Source of the DNA: Candidatus Woesearchaeota archaeon
GTDB lineage: Archaea > Nanobdellota > Nanobdellia > Woesearchaeales > 0-14-0-80-44-23
DNA length: 64,000 bases
Direction of reading: 5' to 3'
Assembly (NCBI GenBank): GCA_038874135.1
Contig: JAVZCZ010000001.1
Coordinates: 383,097-447,096 of the forward strand
Below are positions 46,462-55,982 of the stretch, in pieces. The notes under the pieces were generated by a model. The model worked only from the letters and a program-made list of their open reading frames with translations. It was not told where the DNA came from and did no database searches. The translations under genes and the position numbers were made by a program. How positions within the stretch are numbered: the first letter of the stretch is position 1; each line of letters begins with the position of its first letter.

Positions 46462-48654
46462 TCAGCTCACAATTATTGCTCCTTCCTTTTCAGAGTATTC
46501 TATAAGTACATTTCTTCCCGGAATTATTTTCTGAATTCTCCATTTTAACTGGTCGTACCTTCCGCAGTTAAAATCTGAGTTTCCAAGTGTTTCGCAAAGC
46601 CCATTTTCTTTTAAAATTTTCGTGATTTTGTCTTCATCTACATCTTCAACATAGGTGCAAGTTGAAGGTATAGTGATCTCATAGCAGAGCAGGTCTGAGT
46701 TGCGCTCTCCAAATCTTGCTTTTTCCCAGCAAGCAAGCGAGTATGCTGCAATAACTTCAGAAACGCTGCACTGCCCATATTCTATTTCAATTCCTGAGAG
46801 CACAATCTCTCCAGCGTCCTGTGAAGCTGCTGAGATTGTTACTTCGCATTTGTCCTTTTTGCAATTAGCTGCCTGTGAAACCTGTTTGGTTATGTCCAAC
46901 TGTATTGCTGGAGCATATGGCTTCATCACTTCAAAGTTTCCCACATCTACTCCAAAGACGTTTATTAGCACTCCTCTTATAGGAAGTTGGTAGTTTATAC
47001 TTAGATTTTCAATTGAGATTATTGGCTCAGAATTGAATATCATAGCGCTTATCTTCAGGGGAATTATGCAATTTCCATCCTGATCTGGAATGCACCTTCT
47101 CAGCCAGGAGTTCAATTTTTCAGAACTAATATGTGCTGTCCTGCCACTTTTGAATGAGCCGCTGCTCTGCCAGTCTGGCTGTGCCGAATTGCACGAATAA
47201 AATTTTATCCATGAAGATTTTTTCAAGCGAGAAATTATGGCGTTAATCATGAAGTTTGTATCTCCAAACTCCGATCCGAGCTGTTCTTCAATATTTGGAG
47301 CGATGTAAATCACGCTGCCATTGCCGTATGAGAACTCTATAACTGCCTGTCCAGGTCTTCCATAGTTTCGGTCTGCACATTTTAACTTAAGGTCCTTGTC
47401 AAGAGGAGATGGATTAGTTGAGTTGTAAACGAGGTCCGCAAGGACTTTTACCTTGGAGTTTGAATAGTTTACCTCAACGCAAGGAGTGTTATCATATATC
47501 ACAGAGTACTGCTTGTTTGAGCTTACTCCGTATTGCGCTTCTGCCTGTGCGGAGAATGTTATTCTTTGGCTCTCTCCACACCTGCCTCCAAAACCTACAG
47601 TTTCCCTGCACGGAACTATTGATTTATCATTGCAATTTTTTGGAATTGTTGCGTTGCACTCAGTTTTGTAATCTGCCTCATCAGGACTATTGCCTTTTGA
47701 AGGAATAAGTTGGTCTTGCTTCTTAGCCTGTAAAAGCCCCGGGCAGTTCTGGTATGGAGTTATTCTTTTGAAGTATGGCGTGATTTCTTTTTCAGGAAGT
47801 TGAGATTCGCTGAAGAGTTCAACTAGAAGGTTTATTGCCCAGCCGGTTACCATCAGCGTGTTTCCTTCTGCTATCCAATCCTTTAAGTATTCCCTGTCAG
47901 CACTATTTCCGATGGTTGTATTAAGCCCGCTTCCCACTATGAGCACAGAATGTTTTGCGAGTGTCTCTTTCCAGTTTGGGTCTCCCTTCCAGCACTTACT
48001 CTCATCATATGAGATGAGATAATAGTAGAGATATTTTCTCACATCATCAAAAATTCCGGAGCCGTACTGCTGGCCGCACTTGTTTGAGTAGCCCGTGAAG
48101 ACAAGCACTTCTGAACTTTCACCTTCCTGTTTAGAGTAGAAGTCAAAAGAAGCGTTAAGAACGTGGGCGTCCTTGGGAAGTTTCAGAAATAGAGTTTGCT
48201 CAGCTTCTTTTGAGAAGTCCAAAACTTTTGATGTGCTTCCATCGCTCAGAGTATTAACCCTTCCGAGAGAATATCCGAATATTGAAATCTTTGCTCTAGT
48301 TATGTTTGTAGCTGGGACTAGAATGTGAGCGGTAGCAGTTAAGCCAGGGCCTACACTTAAAACTTTTCTTTCAGAACCATCTGAGAAGCTTCTAAGGATC
48401 ACCTTTTCCATTTTGATTGTGCTGTTTTGCAAGCTATCATCTTGTGAGCAATATGCTTCTTCAGCTGTTCCGGAACTGAGCGAGAACATCACTTTTAAGG
48501 GCGAAAGTATACTGCAGTAAACGGAGCGGGATAAATACGGAAACTTTGAAAAGATTAACAGGAGAAAAATTGAAACTGCAATTATTCCTACAAATAGTGT
48601 AAATGCAAGAGTTATTGAAAACTCTCCTTTCCTGCTCATTAGTTTTAGCTTCAT
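46462..48654 (-). CDS. large pilin-like protein (paralog B, 730 aa)
   Basis: MKLKLMSRKG|EFSITLAFTLFVGIIAV. Repeated FSDGS...LNAS modules, CIPDQDGNCIIPLKI, and the C-terminal module ACWEKARFGE...CGRYDQLKW...VLIEY. Confidence 0.6.
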   Translation of the reverse strand: MKLKLMSRKGEFSITLAFTLFVGIIAVSIFLLLIFSKFPYLSRSVYCSILSPLKVMFSLSSGTAEEAYCSQDDSLQNSTIKMEKVILRSFSDGSERKVLSVGPGLTATAHILVPATNITRAKISIFGYSLGRVNTLSDGSTSKVLDFSKEAEQTLFLKLPKDAHVLNASFDFYSKQEGESSEVLVFTGYSNKCGQQYGSGIFDDVRKYLYYYLISYDESKCWKGDPNWKETLAKHSVLIVGSGLNTTIGNSADREYLKDWIAEGNTLMVTGWAINLLVELFSESQLPEKEITPYFKRITPYQNCPGLLQAKKQDQLIPSKGNSPDEADYKTECNATIPKNCNDKSIVPCRETVGFGGRCGESQRITFSAQAEAQYGVSSNKQYSVIYDNTPCVEVNYSNSKVKVLADLVYNSTNPSPLDKDLKLKCADRNYGRPGQAVIEFSYGNGSVIYIAPNIEEQLGSEFGDTNFMINAIISRLKKSSWIKFYSCNSAQPDWQSSGSFKSGRTAHISSEKLNSWLRRCIPDQDGNCIIPLKISAMIFNSEPIISIENLSINYQLPIRGVLINVFGVDVGNFEVMKPYAPAIQLDITKQVSQAANCKKDKCEVTISAASQDAGEIVLSGIEIEYGQCSVSEVIAAYSLACWEKARFGERNSDLLCYEITIPSTCTYVEDVDEDKITKILKENGLCETLGNSDFNCGRYDQLKWRIQKIIPGRNVLIEYSEKEGAIIVS

Positions 48655-48655
48655 T

Positions 48656-49531
48656 TTAACTTATTCTTATCTTCTTTGAGTTGTTTAAAAACTCTATCAG
48701 GATTGAGCCCTGCGGATGTATTGAAGTTAAATTCCATTCTATGTCATCTGAATCACCACACTCGTAGTCCAAGTTAGAGATTGCCCCGCATAAACCGTTA
48801 TCACGGAGATATTTAGTAAGCGTTGACTCATTTATGTTAAGCGGCGGACAGTTCCTTATCAGGATTGCCGCGCACGGAATATTTTCAGAGTAGCTTCCGA
48901 AGTTTGCGCTCTCCCAACAAGAGATTGTTGAGGCAGCAATTGCTTCAAGGAGGGGGCAATCCTTATAAGTTAGGGAGAGATCTTTAATCCAAACCTTGCC
49001 ACTGCTCCTTACACTTACATTTAAAATGCACGGGTACGCCTTGCATTTTGAGGAGCATTCTGCTAAATTTTTAACAAGTGAACCAGGGCTAGTATAATAT
49101 TTTGAGGGAACTGCTCCTTCTATCTGCCAGTCAGCATTTTTAGAACCGCATATGTAAAATTCTGCACTTCCAGACTCTGCCCTTGCTGAAAAGGAAAACC
49201 CGGTGAGGGTAGAATTTATTGGCAGGATGAAGTAGAAGGTGCTTTCACCATTAGAAGTAAAAGTTGTTGAATTGTCCGCAAACCTCTTAACAAAAATCCT
49301 GCTAGGTTTTACTTCAATGAAGTGCAGCATTGAAAATTCCCTGCAATAATCGGAACTTTGCCTTATTCCAGAGGGGAGGAATGATGCAGAAGCCACATAA
49401 AAAAATGTTTTGCAGTAAACCTGTTTTGCAAATACGGGCATCTGAAATGAAAAGAAGGATATGAGCAACACGATTGCTAAAACTGCTGTCAATCCGCCAA
49501 AGATTGCACTTATAGTAATTTCAGCCCTCAT
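48656..49531 (-). CDS. pilin-like protein (paralog C, short form)
   Basis: Start set to the ATG at 49531, preceded by GAGGAGG and forming an ATGA overlap with the upstream stop. MRA|EITISAIFGGLTAVLAIVLL, and the same C-terminal module SCWESANFGS...CGDSDDIEW...ILIEF. Confidence 0.6.
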   Translation of the reverse strand: MRAEITISAIFGGLTAVLAIVLLISFFSFQMPVFAKQVYCKTFFYVASASFLPSGIRQSSDYCREFSMLHFIEVKPSRIFVKRFADNSTTFTSNGESTFYFILPINSTLTGFSFSARAESGSAEFYICGSKNADWQIEGAVPSKYYTSPGSLVKNLAECSSKCKAYPCILNVSVRSSGKVWIKDLSLTYKDCPLLEAIAASTISCWESANFGSYSENIPCAAILIRNCPPLNINESTLTKYLRDNGLCGAISNLDYECGDSDDIEWNLTSIHPQGSILIEFLNNSKKIRIS

Positions 49532-49878
49532 TCCATCCTCCTCACAAGGCACTTTGAGGAGCTGCTGTAGATCTTAAGAGTGTAGCTTCCAGGTGCCAAA
49601 CTGTGAAATCCCTGAAACTCAAAATTGGAAGAGCTGTTAAGAACCCCTTCAGTTATCTCTGCCGTTATAAGGAAGCAGTCCCTCTCTGCAGGACCCCTGC
49701 ACAATTCGCAAAGACGGCTTATCTTGTGGTATAGTTGGCTGGCACTTCCCGAGAAGTTTTGAAGTTCGTCCTCTCGCGTTGGCTTTGCACCTATCACTTT
49801 GAAAGCAAAAGCCATAAGCAGGCCCATCACTGCTACTGCCACTACTAGAATTCCAACCTTCAGGTAAGTATCTTCCAT
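49528..49878 (-). CDS. small N-terminally anchored protein, Cys-containing
   Basis: MEDTYLKVGILVVAVAVMGLLMAFAF, then CELCRGPAERDCFLITAE. AT-rich TATA-like sequence lies upstream. Confidence 0.5.
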   Translation of the reverse strand: MEDTYLKVGILVVAVAVMGLLMAFAFKVIGAKPTREDELQNFSGSASQLYHKISRLCELCRGPAERDCFLITAEITEGVLNSSSNFEFQGFHSLAPGSYTLKIYSSSSKCLVRRME

Positions 49879-49942
49879 AATGCCTTATTTGCCCTTTCAA
49901 TTTAAATTTATTTCTCAAATTTTGATGCTGGAAGCATTCGTG

Positions 49943-52078
49943 CTAGCCAGTGGCTGAAATTCCTGAAGCCACCAGCATTTTTAGGAAAGTTGAACCTATC
50001 ACGGTTACGAATACGTAGACTATAATTGCAATAAGCACATTCTTGGCTATCTCCGCATCTCTGGATATCTCATCAAAGCCGTTCTCAACGCCGTTTGCAA
50101 GCTGCGATAATAGGAACACTGCTTCTATGGTGTAGATGCCTACTAACACCTGAAATATTGGCGGGGGAGTCACCCGTGTGAAGTTTATAAATTCAGTAAA
50201 AAATCCAGTATCCTGAGAGCCCAATGCGCTGCCTGCTAGCTTCTGCATTACGAGTTCCAATCTTCCCAACATGTCATAAAGGGATTTAATAATTACAAGG
50301 GTCAATGAGCCTACGATTCCTGCTATGAACGGTGCTAGGAACTTTGCCTGCATCCTTACTGAGGTGACTGTCTCTTCCAACAAGTCGTATATGAGCTCTT
50401 TTATCTTCTTCACATTGTCAAGGTAGACTGCAATCTTCTGCATTATATTGTATATAACCTGAGAGCCCTTCCTGGCGCTTTCAGTAAATATCCACATTAT
50501 CTCTTTTAAGAGGGTGGACGGGTACTCTTTTATTATGCCCTCTTGAGGGTGAAAGACTGCCTGTCCAAATGTCAGCCCGAGTGTCCGCATCTTTTCAAGA
50601 ATCCTATTAAAAAGGTGAAATATCTGCCTCTTTTTTAAGTTCATAACCTGATAATTGTTTACGAAGTTTTCAACTGCGATCTCAACCGGAATATTCTCTG
50701 TAAACTGGTTTGCTATGCTATACAGAGAGGCGTTTAAATCTTCTTCAATTTCAATTATCTCGTCCCTAAGCTTTATCTTCTGAACGCTCCTTCCATAATA
50801 GAAGAGAAATATGCCAACAGCAATTCCAACGGGTATTGTCAAGGTCATAAACATAACGCTCGACTCGTATTCGTGAGCCAGGGCTGGAGGAGGCGAAGCG
50901 TTTGCCGGAAGCTTGCTGGCTTCCAGGAATACGGGAATTGTAGCAGTGAAAAGGTGAAAAAGCCCCGGGCTCATTATCAAGAGTGCAGCTAAAATGGCAA
51001 CTGGGAGGACTGGAACAAGGTAAGACTTCTTTCTAACCAGCAGTCGGTATTTTCCCTTCGGAGGAAGATTAGGATTTCCAGAGATGTCTGGTGCTGAGAA
51101 AGCTCCTGGCCTCTTTGCAAGTATCCTGTTGGAAAAGAAGTATATCAGGGAGGGCAGTATTACGATGTAGCCGAAAAAGAGGTAGGATATTTTAATACTT
51201 GAAGACATGAATACGCTTATGATTGGAAAAGCAATAAGTCCTATGAGTGGTAGCATTAAGCCGAAGGTGTTTATTATCATTATCGGATTCTTCAAGTCGT
51301 GAGCGTAGTATTTCATCTTTTCATAAGTGTCCTGGAGTAGAGTGGAAAGGGCCTTATCAAGTATTGCAGATTGGTGTTCCTTGTCCGGCTGGGTGGTTAC
51401 GCTTAGAAGTATCATAAACGACTTTACAAAGTCGGGATTCCTCTTGAGCCAGAGCTCCATATAAAGTTTGAAGCCGTCGTGAATTGAGGATATCTTTCCA
51501 CCATCTAAAAGCCAGAGTATTCTCTTGAAGTCTCTGCCGAGTGGTCCATTAAGATGCTCTGTGGCAAAGGCTATTGCGTTTTCCAGCACCGGATTCACGC
51601 GCATGTAAATTGTTATATAGAGGAGAGCTAGTAGTGATTCCTGTTGGGCTCTTATCTTGGTAATCTGACTTGAGAATGCTGGGTATGTGTAAGCTATATA
51701 AGCTAAGAACATTCCCGTGAAGATAAAGAAGAATGCCAAGTCAATCCAGCCCAGAATTATTAGAGGAAGTGCTGACATAATGCCGAGGAGCACTGTTAGG
51801 ATTGCAGCTGCTAGCACCTGCTTAGGTCTTATGTGGAGCCTTGCAATTTGGATATCCTCATACATTTCCGGTTGAGATTCATCTTTTACATCTATAAAAG
51901 AAAGAAGTTTTCCTGCAAAATCAGCATATTTTTCAAAAAAAGTGGGAAGTGCAGCCTCCTCTTGCTCTTCCCGAGCAAATGAGGAAAATTGACTGGAAAC
52001 AAATTCCGACTGCTGCCCCTGCCCGGAAGCCAGCCTCTTTTTAACTTCTGCTTCTATCTCTTCAATGCTTTTAGGCAT
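49943..52078 (-). CDS. FlaJ/TadC-like (T2SS-F family) platform protein, paralog 2, with no adjacent ATPase
   Basis: Aligns by eye with the 30778 ORF (FATEHLNGPLGRDFKRILWLLDGGKISSIHDGF vs FASEHLAPPLSIDIKKILWNVESGKYPSVKESL) and has the same TM/cytoplasmic-domain alternation. Confidence 0.6.
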   Translation of the reverse strand: MPKSIEEIEAEVKKRLASGQGQQSEFVSSQFSSFAREEQEEAALPTFFEKYADFAGKLLSFIDVKDESQPEMYEDIQIARLHIRPKQVLAAAILTVLLGIMSALPLIILGWIDLAFFFIFTGMFLAYIAYTYPAFSSQITKIRAQQESLLALLYITIYMRVNPVLENAIAFATEHLNGPLGRDFKRILWLLDGGKISSIHDGFKLYMELWLKRNPDFVKSFMILLSVTTQPDKEHQSAILDKALSTLLQDTYEKMKYYAHDLKNPIMIINTFGLMLPLIGLIAFPIISVFMSSSIKISYLFFGYIVILPSLIYFFSNRILAKRPGAFSAPDISGNPNLPPKGKYRLLVRKKSYLVPVLPVAILAALLIMSPGLFHLFTATIPVFLEASKLPANASPPPALAHEYESSVMFMTLTIPVGIAVGIFLFYYGRSVQKIKLRDEIIEIEEDLNASLYSIANQFTENIPVEIAVENFVNNYQVMNLKKRQIFHLFNRILEKMRTLGLTFGQAVFHPQEGIIKEYPSTLLKEIMWIFTESARKGSQVIYNIMQKIAVYLDNVKKIKELIYDLLEETVTSVRMQAKFLAPFIAGIVGSLTLVIIKSLYDMLGRLELVMQKLAGSALGSQDTGFFTEFINFTRVTPPPIFQVLVGIYTIEAVFLLSQLANGVENGFDEISRDAEIAKNVLIAIIVYVFVTVIGSTFLKMLVASGISATG

Positions 52079-52096
52079 AATACACCACTATGTTTT

Positions 52097-53899
52097 TCAA
52101 GATACTGAAGGTTGATCTGGGGGAGGTGGAGGTGGGTTAGGCGGATTGTATGGAGGACTTGGTGGCTCGGGTGTAGGATTTGGCTCGTCCTTGTTATGAA
52201 CAAGTATTCCTTCAGCATAGAAGTCATTCACGCTTTCTATGCGTTTGAGATTGTAGGTTCTTATTTTTGTAGGGCTGCACTCTAATGAGATTACCCTTTT
52301 CAAAATAATGTTTTTCCCATCAAAACTGAATGCATAATCCCCTCTTTCAAGAGGTAATACTTTGAGATTTGGCGTCTCCCCTTTTGAATTCTCAGGAGAG
52401 ATTGAAGCCCAGCCCTTTAGAGTGTATATTGGATGCTCGTCAGTAAGTCTTAAAAATGAGCCGTCTTCAAAGGATACGGTGCAAAGGTGGTCCCTATATG
52501 GAGATTCAAGCTCCAGCACCCTTGCTGGAACATGCTTTCCAGTTTTAAAATCATAGCCGAGCACCAGCTCTCCAACTCTGACATCTTCAATATTTTTTAA
52601 GCTTCCATCAGCCATTCTTATTCTAGTTCCAGCAGGAAAACAGGAGGAAGGCGTATCACCTGTTGGCTCACAATGTTCTGGGCAGTCGCATTCGGGCTCT
52701 GGCGGGTTCGTAGTTCTGGTGAGGAATACGTGCACTAAAAGGTTGAACCTCAAATTTTCAAAACCGCTTTCAGAGATGGGATGCTGATACTTTGTGTCAG
52801 TACAGGTTATATTCATTATAAAGTCTATATTGTGCCTCTCTCCATAACCGTAGGGGGAGAATGGGCAGGTTATCAGAGTGTTAGGTTCAAGCTGTGTTCC
52901 GAAAGGAATCTCAACTTGGGGCTGCTCTGGAGGGCTTGGGATGTTCTGAGGATTTTCACATTTTCCGTCAGATTTTTGCCCGCTCAAACAGTTCTGCTTA
53001 AGATCTGGATAAGGGCATCCTGAAGCTGGCCAGATAACTCCGCATCCTGCCGGGCAGTTTATAGCTGCGCTGCACAATATTTCGGTTTTTGCATAAAGGC
53101 ATGGAAGAGTGTAGGTACACTTTACATATGAATCAAATGAGTCTTGAAGATGCTTCAATGACGAATCTGCTATTTGTTTAACATATTCCTCATTTATAAC
53201 ATATGCTGGACATGCACTTGTTCCAACTCCGTAATAAGTCATAAGTTTATCACAGCTATATTGCGATACGATGTTCTGCCTAGCCCATTCCTCAATCTTC
53301 CTGTAAAGGTACCAGTAGCGCAGGGGATAAGCATATGACTTGAACGCATTCTGCTCCTGAACCTCTTCTCCAGAATCAACTTCCTTAACAACTGCTGGAA
53401 TTGTACCCCTTCCCTCAGCCAAGAAGCCTTCATCTGCGCCTGCGGAACCGTCCATCTCATAAAGGTCTGTATCTGAAACGAGTATTTCAATAGATGATAT
53501 GTCACCCGCATCTTCAATCTTAAATTTTCCAAGATCCTCTCCACGTATTGAAGCAAGATACTGGTTAGTGTAGATGATTGCAAACCGGCTAAGATTACTC
53601 TTTGCTTCCCAAAGTTTAGGCGGGATTGAAGAGGAGTAGCTTATCCAGTATGAGTTCTGAGCACCTGCTCCAGAGCTTGCGCTGTCATAGGATGCACGTA
53701 TAAGAGCGTCTCTGAAAGAGTGAAAGGAGTAAGTTCTCAGAATTTCAGAGTAGCTGTTCAGCTGAGATTTCTGCTCTTGAGAAGTTGTAAATTCAACTAC
53801 AGCCTTCCTATTCTGAAGATATACCAGGTAGAATATCAGAATTACAAGTGCCACGAAAAAGAGCAGCATAAATGTTGATGCGCGCCTATTGAACTTCAT
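52097..53899 (-). CDS. pilin-like protein with Cys-rich middle, C-terminal Hint domain and poly-Pro tail
   Basis: Start set to the ATG at 53899, preceded by GAGGTGA (the track starts at a TTG at 53920). MKFNRRA|STFMLLFFVALVILIF. Hint blocks as listed in the next feature. Confidence 0.65.
   Translation of the reverse strand: MKFNRRASTFMLLFFVALVILIFYLVYLQNRKAVVEFTTSQEQKSQLNSYSEILRTYSFHSFRDALIRASYDSASSGAGAQNSYWISYSSSIPPKLWEAKSNLSRFAIIYTNQYLASIRGEDLGKFKIEDAGDISSIEILVSDTDLYEMDGSAGADEGFLAEGRGTIPAVVKEVDSGEEVQEQNAFKSYAYPLRYWYLYRKIEEWARQNIVSQYSCDKLMTYYGVGTSACPAYVINEEYVKQIADSSLKHLQDSFDSYVKCTYTLPCLYAKTEILCSAAINCPAGCGVIWPASGCPYPDLKQNCLSGQKSDGKCENPQNIPSPPEQPQVEIPFGTQLEPNTLITCPFSPYGYGERHNIDFIMNITCTDTKYQHPISESGFENLRFNLLVHVFLTRTTNPPEPECDCPEHCEPTGDTPSSCFPAGTRIRMADGSLKNIEDVRVGELVLGYDFKTGKHVPARVLELESPYRDHLCTVSFEDGSFLRLTDEHPIYTLKGWASISPENSKGETPNLKVLPLERGDYAFSFDGKNIILKRVISLECSPTKIRTYNLKRIESVNDFYAEGILVHNKDEPNPTPEPPSPPYNPPNPPPPPPDQPSVS
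52193..52642 (-). other. Hint (Hedgehog/intein-like) autoprocessing domain within the 52097 ORF
   Basis: Starts CFPAGTRIRMADGSLKNIEDVRVGELVLG, has the block-B-like RLTDEHPIYT, and ends FYAEGILVHN followed by K. The next 31 residues are Pro-rich up to the stop. Confidence 0.65.
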
Positions 53900-53909
53900 A
53901 AAAATCACC

Positions 53910-54428
53910 TCAGCCTGCAATCACAAGCAGTGCACCCCTCTCGTAGCTTCCCGAAGAGCAGGGTCTTGGAAATCTGAAATCATAGGATACATATTCAGTG
54001 AATTCTGGAGTACCAGATTCGGAGATTAAAGAGGAGGTGAGAAAAAGCGGTTTAGAGCCCTGGCTGTCTGATTTTAGGATTAGAGCCCAAGCATTTTTCC
54101 CGTATGTGGAGTCAAGCATTGCTCGTAAAGATTGAATTATGTTTATCTGTCCATTCCCGTAGTTTGCAGTTTCCACTCCGTAACAGGAATAAACACCCAA
54201 AAGTTCTTCTATTGGGATTCCCAAAGAGTTTCCTGCTGCATCCTTGGCGGTTATGTATGGAAATGAAAATCCTGTGGAGGCAACTCCTGATACGCGCATA
54301 TCTCTAAGTATTGCTTCTGCCCTGTTAAGAACAGATGCAGAGGTCTGCATCCTCACAAAGATTGCAATCAGAACTATTGTTGCCACAAGAACTATTATGC
54401 CTACGAACTCTGAGGACTGCGCCCGCAT
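53910..54428 (-). CDS. small pilin-like protein
   Basis: MRAQSSEFVGIIVLVATIVLIAIFV: a short charged leader followed by a hydrophobic helix, as in archaeal type IV pilins. Confidence 0.55.
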   Translation of the reverse strand: MRAQSSEFVGIIVLVATIVLIAIFVRMQTSASVLNRAEAILRDMRVSGVASTGFSFPYITAKDAAGNSLGIPIEELLGVYSCYGVETANYGNGQINIIQSLRAMLDSTYGKNAWALILKSDSQGSKPLFLTSSLISESGTPEFTEYVSYDFRFPRPCSSGSYERGALLVIAG

Positions 54429-54477
54429 ATCAACCCCTTTTTTGTGAATTAAATTCTCTTTCGCATATTTAAAGTTT

Positions 54478-55212
54478 TCAGTATTTTACTCTTACTGAAT
54501 TTGAACTTTCATTATAAGAGATTAGCACAAGAGATTTTCCTTTGGGAATTGTGAAGTTTCCAACACTGCATTCAAACCTAGGAAAGAAAAGGTATTCCCC
54601 AACATAGAAAGTGTTTGTAAAGTTATCATACCTTATGTTATAGTCTGAAATAAGAATGTGCTGCATCCCCTCATGGCTCCTGCAAGCCTGTTTTATCTTG
54701 CCATAAAATGAGGGGATGCTGCCGATGTAAGCGGTAATGGATGCAAATCCGGGATTTATAGTTGGCACCTCCGAAGGGTATCTTATAGCGATAGGAAGTG
54801 CTATTGTTAAAGTATCCTCTGCAAACTGCGGCTCATTCAAAAGGCCTATGCGCCACTCCTTCCCCGTAAGACTATCTACAACTCTGAATGTGTAGAGAAA
54901 GTCATACTGCTCTACGCAGGATATGTCCTCGTTACCCCTGTTGTAGTAGTCCAGCTTTTGCTGGTATAATACCGCCTGAGACGCAGTGGTCCAGCTTCCC
55001 TCTTTCTCCTTATATGCGAAACAATCGCTGGCAATCATCGCCTTGAGAAATGAGGTTGCAAGAGCATAATATTCAGATGTAAACTTGGCTTTCTGAGAAG
55101 AGGTTCTACTTCCTAGCAAGGTCATTATTACAAACATTAAAAAAATAACCGTGAATATGGCGAATATTGACTTTATCGTAAGATCCTCAGAGCCCTTTTG
55201 TGAAATCCTCAT
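54478..55212 (-). CDS. pilin-like protein
   Basis: MRISQKG|SEDLTIKSIFAIFTVIFLMFVIMTLL. Its start forms a 4-nt ATGA overlap with the stop of the upstream gene (55209 ORF). Confidence 0.5.
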   Translation of the reverse strand: MRISQKGSEDLTIKSIFAIFTVIFLMFVIMTLLGSRTSSQKAKFTSEYYALATSFLKAMIASDCFAYKEKEGSWTTASQAVLYQQKLDYYNRGNEDISCVEQYDFLYTFRVVDSLTGKEWRIGLLNEPQFAEDTLTIALPIAIRYPSEVPTINPGFASITAYIGSIPSFYGKIKQACRSHEGMQHILISDYNIRYDNFTNTFYVGEYLFFPRFECSVGNFTIPKGKSLVLISYNESSNSVRVKY

Positions 55213-55982
55213 CTTTCACCATTCACCTTCGCTCTTATTATCAAAAAAGCCAACACTAAAATTATACAAATTGCTACTAACGCAGCAATGAGCAGCTTGG
55301 AAGAGTTATCCTCTCTTTTCTGAATAGTTTTAATACAATCGGGATCTTTGTTTGGAGCGCAGTCAGGATCACAGATGCCGTCCTTAACCATATCGCAATA
55401 GCCGTCCCTGCTTCCAGATTTGCAGTCCTGCGGACAGCTAAGATATGTTTCAGTAGGATCGCAGACTGAGTTACCACAGCCTGAAGGGGATATGTTGATA
55501 GGGTTGGTTTCAGTTGGAGTGCTTGTGCTGCAATCTGCTGGACAGCTTATTTCACTTTCATATTTCTCACAAATGCCGTTTACTCGGCAAAAATTAGAAG
55601 TTTTAAAAGAAAAAATTTCTACACCTGATTTAAAGATTTTTATAGTGTCCGCATTGGCAAAAAAAGGAACTTTTAGTTCAATCAGAGTATTATTTGAGCT
55701 GATAGATACTGGCGGATCACTCATTATATTAAAACTAACAAAAAAGGGAAGTGAATATAACTCTTTATCTTCAGAATACACTTTTAGGTAATATTTTGTA
55801 GGAGAGTCTGTTGGAATCGTTTTATACCCTTCAAGCACTTTAGCATATGTTAAGTTTATTTCTCCAGTATTCCAGAATAAAATCTGCATGTCGTAGATTT
55901 TTTCATATGCCAGAGTCATATCTATTGAAATAAGTAGAAATAACAAAACTGTTGCACTTATTATGAGATTTTTCATTTTCAT
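55209..55982 (-). CDS. secreted Cys-rich protein with C-terminal TM anchor
   Basis: Start set to the ATG at 55982 (TGATG overlap with the upstream stop). Sec-type signal MKMKNLIISATVLLFLLISIDMTLA, then CGNSVCDP...CPQDC...DGICDPDCAPNKDPDC, and a C-terminal anchor. Confidence 0.55.
   Translation of the reverse strand: MKMKNLIISATVLLFLLISIDMTLAYEKIYDMQILFWNTGEINLTYAKVLEGYKTIPTDSPTKYYLKVYSEDKELYSLPFFVSFNIMSDPPVSISSNNTLIELKVPFFANADTIKIFKSGVEIFSFKTSNFCRVNGICEKYESEISCPADCSTSTPTETNPINISPSGCGNSVCDPTETYLSCPQDCKSGSRDGYCDMVKDGICDPDCAPNKDPDCIKTIQKREDNSSKLLIAALVAICIILVLAFLIIRAKVNGER

Noticed and set aside
52193-52642. Canonical protein-splicing intein in the 52097 ORF
   Set aside because: The domain is at the extreme C-terminus and is followed by Lys and a Pro-rich tail. 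There is no C-extein nucleophile and no homing endonuclease insert. A BIL/Hog-type Hint domain fits better.
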